Part shown: piece by piece, positions 61,725 through 64,000 of the stretch
Layout: every line of letters begins with the position of its first letter
Numbering within the stretch: position 1 is the stretch's first letter
NCBI GenBank assembly: GCA_044892525.1
Contig: CM097885.1
Span: forward strand, 4,714,001 to 4,778,000
Direction: 5' to 3'
DNA length: 64,000 nt
Source of the DNA: Schmidtea polychroa
Lineage: Eukaryota
Made by a program: the position numbers and the translations under genes
The notes under the pieces: generated by a model
The model's input: the letters and a program-made list of their open reading frames with translations, nothing else
What the model was told of the DNA's origin: nothing
Databases searched by the model: none

Positions 61725-64000
61725 TCATAAAAATTTTCATTAAAAATTATCTTAAAAATTATTCTATTAAAATTTCCATTAAAAATTATCATTGAAAAAT
61801 ATTTCATTAAAATTTCTATTAAAAATTAATTAAAAAATTTATTTCATAAAAATTTCCATTAAAAATTACCATTGAAAAATATTTCATAAAAATTTCCATT
61901 AAAAATTATCTTAAAAAATTATTTCATAAAAATTTTCATTAAAAAATTTCAATTCTCAAACACCTTCTATTTTTTGTTAATAAATTTAAAAATCTTACTT
62001 TAATTTACTTATTACATTACTTTAATTTACTTATTTAAAAATTATTACTTTAATTTACTTATTTAAAAATTATTACTTTAATTTACTTATTTAAAAATTA
62101 TTACTTTAATTTACTTATTTAACTTTAATTTAAATTTTTTTTACCATTGATTATTTAATTTTTTAGAACCTTAATTTAGTTATTTGTGCCCATTCATTAC
62201 TTTAATTTAATTTTTTAGGACCATTATTTACTTTAATTGAAAAATTTGGACCATAATTTACTTTAATTTAATTTTTTAGAACCATTATTTACTTAATTTA
62301 AAAATTTGAACCTTAATTTACTTAGTTGAGCCCTTAATTAACTTTAATTTTAAATTTTGAACAATTATTTACTTTAATTTAATATTTTAGAAATTAAATT
62401 TACTTTAATTTAAAAATTTGGACCATAATTTACTTTAATTGAAAAATCTTAGCCCATAATTTACTTATTTAGACCATAATTTACTTTATTTCAAAAAAAA
62501 ATCTGAACCTTGATTTACTTAAATTTTTTAGACCCATCATTTACTTTATTTTTAAATTTTAGACCCATAATTTGCTTTATTTTAAAAATTTACTATGCGT
62601 TTTTAATGTAAACCACCTTTTCTATTGAAATTCTCATGACCATCGAGACCCCTTCACTATTGTGTGAAAAATCCATGCTTTTTTATTGAAGACTACCTTT
62701 TTCTATTGAAATTCTCAGGACCAAGGAGACCCACCCAAATAATATTTATCCTTGGCTTGTTTATTGAAAAAAAAAAATATGTATTTAAAATCCCAGAAAA
62801 CATTGGGCATTATGGCAACAATTATGTAATCAAAAAATGTCTAGGAAAAAGTTATGCAATCAAAATTTTGCAACATTTTTTACCCCCCCCCCCCCCCCCC
62901 TATTGTTCCCGTAAGCTACTAACTACCTACTAGAGTAGGTTCATTTTTCACCACTTCAAAACAAATTGTAATGTTGTGAATTTTTTCAAAGAACTGAATG
63001 GCAGTACGTGGTCGATAAAATTGAGTTTTCTTTCCTGAATGACGTTTGACGATGTTGGCTCCGTTAAGCCAATTGAAGCTTTTTTGTATTGATGGTTGGT
63101 TATTTCCAAGCCTAGGTCCAGTGACAAACTTTAATGAGTCGACATTAATCCTTCTAATATATTCACTATTTGATGTAAATAGTCTGAAAAAATGACTTAC
63201 CGTCTGTATGTGGTATTCATCAAGGAGATCAGTACAAGATGCACCACCATTTTCAATGGAGTTATAAAAATAGCTAATTTCAGATTGATCGGGCAAATTC
63301 ATCATCTTTCTCAAGTGACAGCGAAGTTGTGTAGTGCAATTACCGAGGTTTGCTGAAAGAGCTTTAATCTTAATTTCTCTAGTTCGAAAAGGGAACACTA
63401 AACGAGAGTGAAGGAAGACTTTGTATGCTTTCAATTTTTGCCATCCAAATAAATCAGAATCTGCTAGTTTCTTTGTATCACTAACTACTTTATTTAATAT
63501 TTCATAAAGACTTTGGTCAAGTTCTTCTCCGATTGGTAAATTTCTTTTGTTAATAATTTATTTATTTTAATATTGTCAATTGACACTTCACTAACAGTGT
63601 CAATATTTGGCAACTGGATGAAAGCACATTTTTCAGGTTGGTATTCAAACTCAATTTCACAAGCTGTATCGAAAGCAACTTTTATGATATTTTGCTAATC
63701 ATGAGTATTATTAGCGATAAGAGCGACATCATCAGCATATGCGAGAACTTGGATCGAAGAATCGCCAATTTTGAAAGGTTCAACTAACAGCTAGGAGAAC
63801 AGGATTAATTGAAATTGCGAACAAAATCATGGAAAGAGGACATCCTTGTTTGACTCCTTGCTTTATTGAAATATTCGGAGTTACTATCGGACCACAAGTG
63901 TAGAAGGAGCTGGTATCAGTGTATAATAGTTTTAAAGTGTTCGTGAATTTTTCACAAACCCCAATATGTCGCAAAATCTTCCACAAGTAATCATGGGGTA
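61387..64000 (+). repeat. Near-identical duplicate of 22024..24643 (pPolB tail, Polinton D right TIR ending 62931, RT fragment)
   Basis: Base-by-base match except microsatellite/homopolymer lengths and rare substitutions. Confidence 0.95.

Overview
Very AT-rich eukaryotic DNA (42-50 nt introns and a TRAF-like gene suggest a flatworm, possibly a planarian; this is inference) dominated by nested Polinton/Maverick elements. Polinton A1 (1..19255, broken) has its pPolB split by a 15.2 kb Polinton B (3073..18320, TSD TTTATA). B carries an ATPase, an integrase with a 42-nt GT-AG intron, two tandem minor capsid genes, a truncated major capsid gene and a TBP-like gene, but no polymerase. The pPolB and right end of a B-related Polinton D follow, inserted into a non-LTR retrotransposon. 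Next come TE debris (a Polinton end, an LTR with PBS, a Helitron-like end, hAT) and a host TRAF-like gene. Polinton A2 (34308..55756, 718-bp TIRs, TSD GGTTAG) encodes PLA2-integrase, ATPase, protease, penton, a fibre-like protein and pPolB, plus a candidate Pol III small RNA. A2 is interrupted by a 9.5 kb near-palindromic non-autonomous Polinton-like element C (TSD GGATGC) whose only recognisable cargo is three IAP-type RING genes. The window ends with a Bcl-2-like pseudogene, a PSMA6 pseudogene, an SLC46-like MFS gene, a Penelope remnant and a near-identical duplicate of 22024..24643. All calls come from reading the sequence by eye; no searches were run.
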